A stretch of DNA of 64,000 nucleotides from Octopus vulgaris (GCA_951406725.2 OX597814.1:13702001-13766000); one strand, 5' to 3'; numbered from the stretch's first letter, positions 40,285 through 54,468 are shown. Program-made: numbers and translations. The notes: generated by a model not told the origin, from the letters alone.

Positions 40285-40522
40285 AAGGTGGTGAGCTAGC
40301 AGAAACGTTAGCATGCCGGGCTAACGTTTTCGTATTTCGTATTTCGTCTGCGGTTACGTTCTGAGTTCAAATTCCGTCGAGGTCGACATTGCCTTTCATC
40401 ATTTCGGAGTCGATTAATTAAGTACCAGTTACGCACTGGGGTCGATATAATCGACTTAATCCGTTTGTCTGTCCTTGTTTGTCCTCTCTGTGCTTAGCCC
40501 CTTGTGGGTAATAAAGAAATAG
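40285..40522 (+). mobile_element. SINE family C
   Basis: AAGGTGGTGAGCTAGCAGAAACGTTAG ... GTCGACATTGCCTTTCATC ... GCCCCTTGTGGGTAATAAAGAAA. Confidence 0.88.
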
Positions 40523-41024
40523 TTATTATGTTGTAATTTATTCCATTTTATCTTAACGAAATCGTATAATATCGTATCCACAAAATAATTATGAAGTTAG
40601 GGAGTAGGTCTAATGAAATCTAAAATAATAGCGTTGGCTTTGTGCCAAAATACATCACATCCAGGCAATGATATATTTCATGGAACACAATTTCATGGAA
40701 CAAAATACCCTTCACTTAATATGTAAAATAAGTATATCTCTTCTGGATTATTATAACTAAACAATATCTACAATCATTAATTTTCCGCACTGGTGATTTC
40801 AACTTCCTCATTATCTAAGGTAATTGTATTCTGCAAAACCTGGGGGCCATATGCTGAATAAAATACAACCATTATCGACATGACAATAACATCAAAGATA
40901 ATGCGATATAAGGAAAATCCCATTAGAATCTAATTGGAAACTAAAAGCCGAGCAAATAAAATAGTATTCATGATCTAGAAAATATCGAAAGGAAGATGAG
41001 GCACGTTTTTAATAATGACTTTCC

Positions 41025-41058
41025 TGATGCTGATGATTATAATGATGATGATGAATAC

Positions 41059-41099
<41 letters not shown>

Positions 41100-41262
41100 G
41101 GAGGAGGAGGAGGAGGAGGATGATGGTGGTGGTGGTGGTGGTGGTGATGATGATGATGGTGGTGGTGTTGGAAGTTGTGATAGTGGTGGCGGTTGTGATG
41201 GTGATGATGATGATGACGACAATGATGATGATGATGATGATGACGATGATGATGGTGATGAT
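41025..41262. repeat. Compound trinucleotide microsatellite (GAT/GAG/GGT)n
   Basis: Direct observation. Confidence 0.95.
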
Positions 41263-41336
41263 AAAGACAAACTAAAAAAGAGCACTATACTGACAGATCA
41301 AGAACTGACTGGCCACGAACTGGAGAGTCAAAGTTA

Positions 41337-41905
41337 GGAATGAGCAACTGTTTCCGTTGTGCTGCATGTACAATACAGTGCCCATATCATCAACGAATGC
41401 CCTAGACTTACTCAAAATTTCTACCAGTTCTGGCGACACGATCAGGTAGCGAAACTGTGTGAAAAGTGGAGGTTACAGACAGGTGAGACATGTTATTCGC
41501 ACAGACCGCAGGGAAAGGAAGACTAGCAAAATCCTTTAGTGATTCCCAATCCAAACACATCAGGCGCTAAAGTATAACAGAGAGGACCTAGTGGTGGTAG
41601 ACAAGATCCACCACATATGCTATACAGTTGATGGTGCATGTCTCTTTGACCCTGGAATAGTCAAGGAGGAAATCAAAGGCATAGATAAATTCAGCCATTT
41701 TATGTACGAAACAACACCAAGTATTGTTGGGTCCTTGGGAACTGTACCAGAAGGCATCAAGAGGAATATAAAGGAAGCTTGAACATAGAGCCCAGTAGAA
41801 CGCTTACAAAAGTTTGGCCTTCCTCGCAAGGCCAGAAAAATCAGCTGAAAAGGATGTTTAGCATGCAGGTAGTAAGCCTGCTACGCATGTATTTCTCCAG
41901 GAGCC
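41337..41905 (+). mobile_element. R4/Dong-type LINE 3' fragment (zinc knuckle + REL)
   Basis: HIINECPRLTQNFYQFWRHDQVAK, DLVVVDK..HICYTVDGACLFD and IVGSLGTVP.GIKRNIKE. Followed by an (AAT/AAC)n tail. Confidence 0.8.
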
Positions 41906-41921
41906 CTAACAAAATCTGTGT

Positions 41922-42004
41922 TGAATAATAATAATAACAACAACAACACCAACAACAACAGCAGCAGCAGCAACAACAACAATAACAATAATAATACCAA
42001 CAAC

Positions 42005-42041
<37 letters not shown>

Positions 42042-42062
42042 GTAATAAAAATAATAATAATA

Positions 42063-42121
<59 letters not shown>
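41922..42121. repeat. (AAT/AAC/GAT)n compound microsatellite
   Basis: Direct observation. Confidence 0.95.
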
Positions 42122-42284
42122 ATAAAGGTGGTGGAAGGGATAGATATTCATAGAAAGTTGTAGATATTAATTTTTTGTAGGTAATTGTGTGCGTGTTCGA
42201 CCAGGGAAAACAGTAGATATGCGAGTTTTTAAAACTTATTTTGAAGGAAATATAAATGAGTCACAGGAAAGTGTGGATATTGCG

Positions 42285-42740
42285 AAATATAATTCTTCTT
42301 CTTTTGCTATTTGTACTTCTTCCTTTGTTTTCTCTTTTTTCTATGCTCACAATACTCCTTCCTTCATAACTCTCACTAGCAAGGTTTCCTGACTTTGGGC
42401 TAAATAACTCATTAAGCTCTCGAGTTCGATACATACGGAGTCTTCCAGACTTATCAGTACTCTTCCTACATTTGCTCTCATCCTGTATAAGCGATCAGTG
42501 TCAGAACGTGGATGATTATCTTGATGCATCATTAGGAGCTTTCTTGATTCCCTGTCTATCTCCTTTAGCTTATCATCTGACCACTTCAGGATTTTAGCGC
42601 CATACGTGCGACTGGACGCGTGTTTATTGCCGAAATTATCTTTCCGGCCTTCAGGTTTGAAGCCAATATTTTTCTCACTCGCCACAGGTACTCTGTTTTG
42701 GTCTCTTCCTTCATGTCGTGGAGTTATAATTTACTAGCTT
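42285..42740 (-). mobile_element. R4/Dong-type LINE fragment (post-RT thumb region), inverted
   Basis: YGAKILKWSDDKLKEIDRESRKLLMMHQDNHPRSDTDRLYRMRANVGRVLISLED matches the HP.SD.DRLY.PR..GGRGL motif. Confidence 0.85.
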
Positions 42741-42744
42741 AATG

Positions 42745-43720
42745 TAAGGAGAAGAAAAAGGAATAACAAAGGGAAAATACAAGAACATGAAGAGGTATTT
42801 CAGAACAAGGGACTACACAACCAATTCCCTGAAACCACAATAGAAATTCCAGGGAACATAGATGCGATTGGTTGAAGAAAGGAACGCAATAACACGAGAT
42901 CGAGTTTACCATTGTTACATATAAGCTTAGTACTCGAAGTCATCTCGTTATTAATCTTGTTCAACACCAATGAAATAGTATTTCTTTCAGCTTTTGGAAC
43001 ACGCCCATCAATTGAGATGATTATGATGTTCCTGAGGAATGAGCAACTCCCTCCGCTATGCTGCCTCTGTAACATATGGATGAAATCATTGCCCAAATCA
43101 CGAACAAGTGCACTAGACTTGCCCCAAACCAATACAAGCTGTGGTGACACGACCAGGTAGCGACGGTGCTGCATTGAAAACTTCGCAAAAAGCAGTGGCT
43201 AGAGAGAACCAAAACGTGGTATGAGCACAAACCCCAGAGAGTGACGGAATCGGAGTCTAGCAAAATTCTCTGAGATTCTCAAGTCCAAAGAGATCAGGTG
43301 TTAGAACATAAAAGACCGGACATAATGGCAGCAGATACATGCACCACATGTGCGACATAATTGATGTTGCCTTCCCCTTTGACCCTCGAATAGTCAAGAA
43401 GGAAAGCGAAAAAATAAATACACCCCCACTCAAGTACGAACTATCCCGGCTATGGAAGATGAAGAAGGTGAAACGATGTAAACTATTGTTGGCTCCTTAG
43501 GGACAGTATCAGGAGGGATCAAATGGAATATAAGGGAAATTGGAATAGGGTGCCCAGCATAACTGTCACAAAAGGTTTGCGTCCTTGGCACGGTTAGAAT
43601 AATCAGGTAAGCATGAAATAACTGAAAAGAACTGACAGCAAAGTATTGATAGCAAGCCCGCTACACACGCAAGACTCAATAATTTCCAAGGAAACCTGTG
43701 ATAAAAATAAATAATAATAA
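42745..43720 (+). mobile_element. R4/Dong-type LINE 3' part (CCHC + REL), ending in (AAT)n
   Basis: NKGLHNQF, DWLKKG, PLCCLC, HDQVATVLH, WYEHKPQRVTESESSKIL*D, HKRPDI, IIDVAFPFD and IVGSLGTV. Confidence 0.88.
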
Positions 43721-44152
43721 TCCTTTCTACTATAGGCACAAAGCGTGAACTTTAAATATTAGTAACAATTGACTCAAGTTTTGGGAGTAGGCCATATGTT
43801 TGTGAGGGGTTAATGCATTACATTGACTACTGTTCTTGCCAATGATGAAAGCAATGTTTACCATTGTTAAATATAAGCTTAGTACTCGAAGTCATCTCGT
43901 TATTAATCTTGTCCAACACCAATGAAATAGTATTTCTTTCAGCTTTTGGAACACGCCCATCAATTGAGATGATTATGACTAGTCGATCAGATAAACCCCA
44001 GTGCCTGAATGGTGTATATATATAAACAACCCCGATATAATAAAGTATAAAATTGGCCTTGGTGAAAATTGAACTCAGAATATAAAGTTCCGGAACGAAT
44101 GCTTCGAAGAATTTGTCTCGAATCTCAATCGGTTGTACCAATTCATCGACTT
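43721..44152 (-). mobile_element. Old, degenerate SINE (family C-related core) with an internal insertion
   Basis: tagtcgatcagataaaccccagtg...accccga...ttgaactcagaa aligns loosely to the minus-strand family C copies (39318, 47335). Confidence 0.5.
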
Positions 44153-44949
44153 AAATAATTATTATATATACGTGTGGTATACGCTGCAACTTTTAACCGC
44201 GTAGAACTTAGTTATTGACGGTTTATGTATACAGTGAAGAAACTATATTAAATTGAATTTCGAAAATTAAATCAAGACCGTATTATAGACATAAAACGTG
44301 ATAACAATATAATGTATACACTTTAGATGATGAAGGAGAAATTAGATTATTTTACCATTCACAAACTCAGATATGGCTGGCAATAAATTAGCTAAGTAGA
44401 ATAAGACACATATTTCCTCTAAATCTTATTTAGAATTTAAGAGGTGACAAAGTAATATATAAAACAAAATTAAATTCTAAAAAACTAAATGGTCTCATTG
44501 CTCTCATTGCTCTATGATCACTTGTAGTTATGACTGTTACAGTTTAGCATTGCGTACATCGCAGGGCTAAAGTGAAAAGGAAGAATTATGATGAGACATA
44601 TATGTATTATAATAAATTTGATGCCGAAATATTATATATGGCACACGTACAGAAATTGAGAATTTGAAAAGAAAATTATAAGGAAACAAAATTTCGATAT
44701 GACACAGGCTAAAAAAAGAGCAGACTAAAGGAAAATTAGATTAAGCTTAAGAGTGCAGTCATGAATACTAGAAAATAAATATAATTTTTGCAAAATACTG
44801 TGTACTCCAACACCTAGTGACGACACGCGCACGACTCCTCTATACATAAAGGGATTATATGTTTCCTGTGGTGACGTATATTATTAAAGCATGTTATTAG
44901 ATTTTTACTGAAGATTATTGCTAATGTATTGTAATATCTATCACTTATA

Positions 44950-45770
44950 TGGACCTATTCGAACCAGATACTCTGGGACATTGTCTTCCAGACAATATTG
45001 TGTATAGTAAACATTAGGAGGGGAAAATAAGAGTGCCTAATATATGACGTGGCAGTGTCATGAGATCAACAAATGAGAGAAAGAGGGAATGTAGATAAAT
45101 ATTGAGACCTCAGAATTGAGATCTCCAAGATGCGGAAGGTACGAGAGCCAAATATAAAGGTTGTCCCCGTTGTCATCGGCGCATTATGTTCAATACCACC
45201 AGATCTTGAAAAATATCTGGAAGCGTTAGAAATACTCTACGATATAGATGAATTGCAAAAATCGGCATTACTTGGAACTGCAAGAATATTGCATAAAGTA
45301 CTGTCTGTCTGAGATCCTTGTTGTCATCTGACAGACAGTAGAAATCCCCGGTAGACACAATATCTTCAATCTGCAACATTCATAATATTGGATACTGTGC
45401 GACATCTCCGAGAAATCCGAATTGACATGAGACCAAAAGCTGCACTTCTTGAGACAACTTGGGTCTTGAGTTTTGAATGTCTTAACAAACAATTATCAAA
45501 TCTCATAATATGCGGAAGGAGAGGCTGTGAGACCTCTGACAACAGGGACCCACCCTTCAGCTCTCACAGATTCAACCAGAGATAACAAGACCAAGCGCTT
45601 TGAGAAGACGAACAACAAACAACAGCAGCTACAACAACGATAATAGTTATAATAATAATAATAATACTAACAACAACAACAACAACGACGACGACGACGA
45701 CGACGACGATGATGATGATGATGATGATGATGATGATAATAATGATAATAATAATAATAATAATAATAAT
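44950..45770 (+). mobile_element. R4/Dong-type LINE 3' end with UTR and trinucleotide tail
   Basis: IYDVAV...DKY.DLRIEISKMRK...VVPVVIGALCSIP.DLEKYL.....ELQKSALLGTARILHKVLSV. Confidence 0.85.
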
Positions 45771-46255
45771 ACATTGCTTTGTCTTGGTATAAAAGATGGG
45801 CTACAGCAAATATTCTGCTCAATACCACAGATTTGCTTGTCAGTTGTTTGACCTTAACCAGTTGAGCATGTCCCTTAGTGGCTGACGATATGTGCATCTC
45901 TGATCACGAGCAGAAGTAGTGGGGGAGCATCATAGCCATGTGTTGAGAGGGATTCTTTGGAGTTTGGATACTTCACCTTTGGAAACATGGGTGTTTCGTT
46001 CAACGTCCTTAAACAACCCTTATTCAGGGACCTTTTGAGCGGGATGGGTTACTCGATCTGAAGAAAATTCTAACTGGGCTCCACCTGCAAGGTCATGTGC
46101 TGTTTATCTTGATATGAGATCACCATGTCGCGCACATATGGTTGTGATGCATGTTCCTGGTGTACCCTTATCAGACGGGTAGTCATGATGGGTATACTGG
46201 GCTTCGTATATTTTACCCCAGTGTCACTTTGATGGCATGCTCTGCTCGCTCACTC

Positions 46256-46298
<43 letters not shown>
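45771..46298 (+). mobile_element. Non-coding interspersed repeat family X with (AAT)n tail
   Basis: Highly similar reverse-complement copy at 63440-63996 and a degenerate copy at 47632-47960. Confidence 0.9.
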
Positions 46299-46300
<2 letters not shown>

Positions 46301-47330
46301 CACCTGATTGGTTAGCAAGAGGTAATACTTACCTACACCCGAAGAATAATGAAACCAAAGTTCCCCAAAACTATAGATCCGTAACATGTCTATCTACCAC
46401 GTATAAAATTTTAACATCCATTCTGGTGGAGAAAATATACAAATTGATAGAACAGAATGATATTTTCCCTAATGAACAAAAAGGGTGCCGACGAGGACCA
46501 TTCGGATGCAAAAGACCAACTCTTAATCAATCACATGATCCTTGAGAACTATCATTACAAACGCAGAAATCATTTCTGCATTGATTGATTATTAAATGAC
46601 CTTCAGCAGCATACTGCATTCGTGGATCTTGAAATCGTTACATATCTTCAAAATTTCTCCTGTGGTTCAAGCTTCTTAAAGCACAACATTTCAATGTGGA
46701 AAATGAATCTCCAATTATACCACTCTAATGGAGCATACTGACCACAAGAAATATTAATATCAACTGCGGCAACTTCCAAGGTGATTCATTTTCACCTTCA
46801 GTATTCCGCATAGCCCTAATACCCCTTACAAGTGAACTCAACAGAACAGAGTATGGGTATAAAATTGGTGACGAGATAATAAGTCCTCTATTTTATATGG
46901 ATGACTTAAAACTCTATGACAAAGACAATAATGAGCTTGAAGGATCACTACGTACTATGAAAACATTCAGTGATGACATTGGGATGGAATTCGGTCTTGA
47001 TAAATGTGCCAAGGCCACTTTTAAGAAAGGGAAAGTTATGACCTCACATTCAGTGGTGTTGGATGTTGACACCGTCATAAAAGAACTCGAACAGGAACAA
47101 ACTTACAAATACGTCGGAATAAATGAAGGCACTGACATTCGACATACATGTATGAAAGCCAAGATAAGAAAGGATTGTTATAGGAAAGTTTGAGCAGTTC
47201 TAACACCCGAGCTAAATGAACGTAACAAGGTGTTAACTATGAATTCTTTAGCAGTTCCCGTGTTACTTGCAATTACAACGTGTGAACTGGAATATGAGTG
47301 AAATAAGGAAAATTGAGAGGAAAATCTGCT
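46299..47330 (+). mobile_element. R4/Dong-type LINE reverse transcriptase fragment (frameshifted)
   Basis: PDWLARGNTYLHPK..PQNYRSVTCLSTTYKILT, NEQKGCRRG..GCK, FQGDSFSP and FYMDDLKLY..TFSDDIGMEFGLDKCAK. Confidence 0.92.
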
Positions 47331-47334
47331 ATTG

Positions 47335-47535
47335 ACACAAGGATTGAAATTTTTCGGTGGGGTGGATAGCCGACTACATCACTCCCAGTGTTTCACTGTT
47401 ACTTAACTTATCGACCCCGAAAGGATGAAAGGCAAATTCTAACTAGGCGGAATTTGAACTCAGACCGTGGCGGCAGGCGAAATACCGCTAAAAAATTTCG
47501 TCCGGTCTGCTAATGATTCTGCCTGATCGCCGCCA
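47335..47535 (-). mobile_element. SINE family C-related copy
   Basis: tatcgaccccgaaaggatgaaaggcaaa...ggcggaatttgaactcag...gattctgcc..tcgccgcc. Confidence 0.8.
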
Positions 47536-47563
47536 TAATAAGAAAATTACAATAATAATAATA

Positions 47564-47618
<55 letters not shown>

Positions 47619-47631
47619 CGATAAAGTAATA

Positions 47632-47960
47632 AATCCTCCGATGCAGTAACTGGTAATGACTCACCTGGCGTTTGATCTTAACGGATCAAAAGTGATATCG
47701 CATACGTATCTTTTTCTTGATATAAAAGATGTGTTGCAGCAAATTGTGTACACAATACCACAGATTTGCTTGTCAGTATCGTGACCTTAAACAGTTCAAA
47801 ATAGCTCTTAGTGACTGATAATATATGCATCTTTGTTCACGAGTAGGAGTAATGAGGGAGCATCATAGTCATCTGTTGAGAGAGATTCTTTGTGATTGGA
47901 ACTATTCACCCTTGAAAACATGGGTATTTTGTTCATTATACTTAAAGAATACTTATGAAT
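47632..47960 (+). mobile_element. Degenerate 5' part of repeat family X
   Basis: gatgcagta...tgatcttaac...tataaaagatg...caataccacagatttgcttgtcag. Confidence 0.8.
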
Positions 47961-50900
47961 GTACTGGATCACAATGATCGGCATATGACACAAAAATCAT
48001 AAATATTTTTTTTAATATTTGTATATGTTATAAATATAAAAAAAAATTATGAATTTGAACAATATGAAAGAATGTGTACCCCTCGTATAAAATGGTATTT
48101 GAAAATATGGAAAATTGTGTCTATTGAACAAAAACCGTAAATATGGCGAGGTAGTTGATTGCTTTAACTTGAGAAACTCCCATTTTGAAGAGCTATAGAA
48201 CATTTAATGCCTATTTATTGTGTTGAAGCCCGTCACACTCGCATACATGCATTCATAACTTAAATTGCCCGTGCTCACAGCCAAAGACATTGAACATCAA
48301 TGAGATTCTGGTTCTTATTGTAGTATATAGAATTTATAGAAAATCTTGAAATATAGAAAACTTCTTCAAATATCTAACATTTAAAACGCTATATCGTCGT
48401 ATACATTAAATGTACTGAATGGACCCAAAGATTAAGTTGAATCTGATGTCCATACGGTGGTGGATCTTAACACAAATCAAGGATTACAACACCGTGTTAT
48501 AGTCTCTGCATCATTGTTATCTACTGTGTTATATGACTAAGCAAAATCAATCATTTTGCATTTAAAAATTTCGAGAACGAGTCGGAGATAAAACGGCGTC
48601 TATGGTATTACTCATTCTCCAAACAATTGCATTTCTGTCACCGGACAATCCTATTTCCTTTGTATTCAATGGAACAACATTAAGATTACAATTAGTTTAC
48701 TGTATATCCGCTTAATACCTGACAAGAAATCCGACGCTATATCAAATTCACTGTGATTTGCATTCAAAATGAAGAAGTAATCATCACACCAACAAAACTA
48801 ACGGTCATGAAACTAACATTACAGTGTGTACAATAATTTACATGTAAGCCATTTCAACTTATTAGGCAAAGTCAACAGAATACTTGGCTATCTAGTCAAC
48901 ATATTAAGATAACATGTGAAATACACTGAGTATTAAACAAATTGCAAAGTCTAATGCAAAGCAAAAGCCAGCCGTGAAGTATAGTGTGGGACAAGTTTGT
49001 ATATAAATATATCGAATGGTTACCAAATACGTTGTAGTATAAATTGTGATTATATGATGTTAATACGCGTTTATGTGTGGCACAAACTATATCTAACTAG
49101 AATAGATTTATAAGGCCTCAGCGATCATGTAAAATTGTCAGGATGTTTTTGAATGATTTATAGTTTATTATTATTTTCAATACAATTCAAAAGTCAGACT
49201 AATATATTTTATTCCAATAGCCACTAAAATTATGAACAATAAACAGACCTTTGAAAATATTTTATAAATAAAACATTGAATATTGAAATAAGAAAATACA
49301 TACAAAATATATTTTTTTCAAAATTTGATAACAAATATATTACTTATTAATATAATATATATTTTACAGTTTGTAATAACGCCAGACATACTTTTTCATA
49401 ATCAGGGTAAATGAGTTTCAGAAACGATTAGTATGTAGGTTAGAATATGAAATATTATATTGTTCCATAAACAGTCTTAGAGTGCGATTTGAAAATGATA
49501 TGGTTATTTTAATTAGCTACTACATTTTACCGCGCAAATGACTACTCGGTAGGGTTATACTTTATATATTCAATTAATTCTTTAATGTTATACAGATACA
49601 GAGTACCTTATAATTTATATAACGTTGTAAAAGATATATATGAATCTACGATAGTATTGTATAAATGGAACCTAAATATCCCGCCAACAACCACTGATTC
49701 AAAGATAGTAACTTTAGAAACGCATCAGTTTATAGGCATCAATGCGCATCCTGTATTCTGTAAAATTAGGTGAGATATCGCAACGCGCGCGCACGCATAC
49801 ACACAAAATCACACGCACGCACACACACATAAGCGCTCTTCATCTAGATGAAAAGTTCATTGCAATTCTCTCTTTTGCGATATTAATGGATCACATCATT
49901 GGTGATAGAGGGTAGTAGTAGCGTAGATTTAGCATGATGTATAGAACCAAATATTTTACAGATGAGATTGTACGTAATCAAGTGAGAGCTGTGGTGAGCA
50001 GCATTATTTTCATGCTAAAGTCAAAATTCTTCTGCGTCTCACGCACATATTCCAAAATGCTGCTCTAAAAATTACATTCCTTTGGAATTCATTTTTTGTT
50101 CTGTCTAATGTTTTTTTTTTTTCATTTTTATTGAATACATTTGTCGCAATGGCCTATAATTAAGAAAAAGCAAAACAGGGACAGACTATAAATATTTGCT
50201 AATTAAGTAATGCAAAATATTAATAGAGAATGTATTACAGCAACGCTATTTTTGTTATGCGAATGTCAGGTCGATATAGTCGAATGTCGCATTAACTTAT
50301 TGATTATAGTGTCTATTTCAAAAATGTTGAAACTCCTAATTCTGTCTATGTATAAGTAATGAAAGAAAAAAGCTTGCTAGGATAAATAAACTACTTATTG
50401 ATATAACCGTTTAATAGAAAGCGATTAAAGAATTAACACTTGTGGATGTTTTGCACTATTTTTAGAGACATTTGTAAACACACAGTAGAACATTAAAGAG
50501 AAAAATATTACTTCCGATAATAGTGCAGCTGGCTACATGTAGTCTTAATAGCAGAATGTAAATTAACATAAACACTACTTAAATAACCGATTCTACTAAA
50601 AAGGAGAGGGGACAAACATCAAAATTACTTTACATAAAATTTCGGTTCGAATCGTGCCTGGCACTTAATACTGCGATTAATATTCTGATCATGTATTCTC
50701 TCATGTGCCTTCGTTAATAATGGTGCTCGACTCCTTTATATTATCCGAAAACAAACAGCCATTATTAGCCATTGCGAATCACGATATATTAACTGTTGCT
50801 ATTCAGTGTACTTGTAATTATTTAATATCCGTTTTGCACTACATCGCACTCACCAGTAAATGAACAATTTGTTAATTTATAACTATACTAGTATAACCGT

Positions 50901-51928
50901 ATCGGCAAAAATGTCGAAAAAAAATGGAACATTAACACAATAGGGAAAATCTTTAATAATCGTTAGCAGTCTAGTAAATATATGTACATACACAGAATTG
51001 AAGTACTTGAACAATCAGAAACGATTGTAACATCTCGGTTGAGAATATCATCCACATAATGTATGTTCGTTTATACACAAGCACACACACACGTATGTAC
51101 ATATATATATACATATATATGTATAAATATCACGACATATAAGCACACCTCAATATATGTATATATGCATATATACAGATATACACATATATATGTACAC
51201 ACACATGTATATATATATATTTGATATATATATATTTTATGGACATATCTTTTCCCTCTCCGTCTTTCACTCTATCTTTCTATATATATGTATTTATTTT
51301 TAGATCGATGAAATCCTTTTATTGTATGTAAGATATATGTGTGTGTGTGCGCGCGCGCGCGCGCGTGTGTGTGTGTGTATGTGAAATTGATAAATATAAT
51401 TTACCATAAAAATTTCGTTTCATTTTCATTAGAATAATGATGACTTCATAGCCCACTACAGTTCCCCTGCAGTTTAGCTACCTCTGACCGTCACTCAGTG
51501 CAACTCCGTTACTTGTTTCACTCTTCTTTCTCTTGCATCTTCGGAGGAAAGCCTTTCTAATTTTTAGCATCTCTCACGTCCACTCACTCCCACATCATTT
51601 ATTCTTATACTCTTCATTGCTTGCAGCGTGACCGAAACGGACAAACTTCGCGTTTTATTATGTAACATATTTAAAGCGGAACGCTAGTGCCCAACAGTGC
51701 ATGAATGACTGCAGTGGTATGCGTCGGAAAGAAAACATGTATACGGAGAAATATGTGCACGGCCGCCTCATGATTTTTCAGGAGCAACGCTCAATTTATT
51801 TTGCATACTTTGTTTATAGGGAATAAGCCTCCAAAGTAATATCCGCTACGGAAAACTTTCAAAGCTTGAGTGCACACAAGCTTGTTAATTACGATATGGA
51901 AAACATTGTTTCAAAGCTCTATATTATT

Positions 51929-51990
<62 letters not shown>

Positions 51991-52021
51991 TATATATATA
52001 TAGATGCATACATATATATAC

Positions 52022-52058
<37 letters not shown>

Positions 52059-53109
52059 GATAGATAAATGGTGATATATGATAAATGGATAGATAGATAG
52101 ATGATAGATAGATAGATAGATGGATAAACTGAATGACTAATTAATTTAGTGTCTGATTGATTTCAAATGGACTACAGTTATCACGTGGTTATAGCTGTAA
52201 TGGTTCCCTTACGGTATGCGATGCTTATATGTCCTGAGCAGATAGAGGCACTCTCTTTATAAGATAGAGAGTTCTATTGATGATTTCAATGTGAGCTAGA
52301 GAATGGGTTTCACTAGTGGTCAGATCACGCTTAGTTTCCACTGAGCAGTGTAGACAATGTGAAATGAAATGCTATACTCAAGAACACAACGTGCTACTCG
52401 CCGCAGTAATCACCCTTTCAAAGCACCGCAAGCTTTGTAGCCCATGGATTTCAATTTGGTTATTTTGGAGTCTACATTTTTAGGGTTACTTTATCGTAAA
52501 AAAATTATCTGCATTCTTGGAGAATGTGGAATTATAGGAAGATAATAATTCTTGTTAAAACTCATATGATCTTGCAGTGCATAGCTCATCTACCCAGGGC
52601 TTACGTAGAGTCTCCAGTATCTCTGTGCATGGAAATCGGTGTGCATTAATTAGTAGATAGCGGAAGGATCTTCACATAGTCATTTGCCCATTTTGCTGTG
52701 AGAAATTTTAGTCTTGGTCGAACTTCATATCGGAAACGAACTAAAGAATTCACTGTTCGCTAGGAGTTTTAATCATGTTCAGTAATTACTTGTTTTAAGA
52801 GGTGCTCGCCTGTCTTCTCAGACGTGAATTGGCCTCCATTCATCATTTTAACTCGCGTGACTGAATTTATTTGGAGATGGCCCATACCGATTTTCCAATA
52901 CCTTCATTCATAGTGCTTTAAGTCCGTGAGCTGAAAAGCAGCACAATTGCGCAAAGTTCGAAGTTTAGAGGGTTGTGTCTCAGTTTAATTTCTTGATATA
53001 GTTGACTCCATAATGGGGATAAACACCAAATTATATACTCAAGAACGCAAATGCACACACACACACAGAAACACACGCACGCATAGACACACACTCGGGA
53101 ATTTGTATA

Positions 53110-53200
<91 letters not shown>

Positions 53201-54468
53201 GATAGAGAGGGGGAGAGAGACAGACAGATAGAGAGACATACATGCATATTATTGATATATATTATACATATAGAAGAACATTTGCACAATATCAACATAA
53301 AGCGTGACCTCTGGCATGCGACTATCAAATCACTCCTCATTTCGAAGGTTAAGCATAGGCAATCTCAGAACAAGAGATTGCTGCGAAATATTAAATAAAC
53401 AAAAGAAGCCCTTGGAACTCTAAGACGTAACAGAACATTTAGATTATTTCACATTTCTGTGGACGGCATTAGGCTTTTGATTAGAATCTGCACAAAGGAT
53501 TCAGCAAGATACAACGTTGCTATGCGATACGACATTGCCACTAAAACAATATACAATGCCACCCGAAAAAAGTGTCTCCTAAAATAAATAGAACGCTTCC
53601 GCTAATTATTGTACATGCAGGCAAATATCAACATTAGGAATATTAGAGGTTAATTCCCATCAAATATAATTTTGTTGTTTGAGACAGTGAAGAAAAATTA
53701 TCAACCGTCATAAAGTTAACTTACCGTAATAATGCCAATATCTCTTCGAAAATATATGAGAAAGAGGATAATTACCGTCACCTCATTCGAAACCTCCAGT
53801 TTCTATATCCACATTAAATTTCAAACAACAAGTATTCACAGCACATAGTACATACCACGAAAAATTGGTATGTTACATTGGTTTATGAGTACTGGCCTCA
53901 ACGACAATCTGGACGAGCCAAGATCTTTAGGCAGCTTGTGCAAAATCATTCTGTAAGAGGGACAGTAGAATATGCAAAACTTTATCGGAGTTTAAGATGG
54001 TCATTTGCATTCGATCTCTACATTCCACTGTTTGAGCTTTATTCATTTATTAAAATGCAGCTCCTACCTCAAAATTAGTAGAAATTAGACTCATTCTCTG
54101 TCTCTCCCTCTCTCTACAATCTCTCACTCACGCTATTTCATTATATCAATAATTTATAATTAGAAAGCAAGATATTAAAAGAACTATTCAATATTTAATT
54201 TGGACGTTATGTCATAAATAAACAAAAAAGAAGGCATAAAATTAAGCATCTAACGAAGAGTGAAACAGTGCAAGCTGCGAAGGAATAAATACATCCGCCT
54301 ACATAGATTTTAAACTTCTCCCAAGTTGAAAGTATGCATTCACCTATACGTGTTTGAGGTTAGAGTCTTTGTTAGAAAGCAGCTCCTACCCTAGAGGAAA
54401 ATATCAAATTATGAAAAAATGAAATCATACTCACCACCCACACAAACACCTGGTAATATAAGTATATA

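Noticed and set aside
40996-41337. 113-aa Asp/Glu/Gly-rich ORF
   Set aside because: Trinucleotide microsatellite read-through, with no splice or domain evidence.
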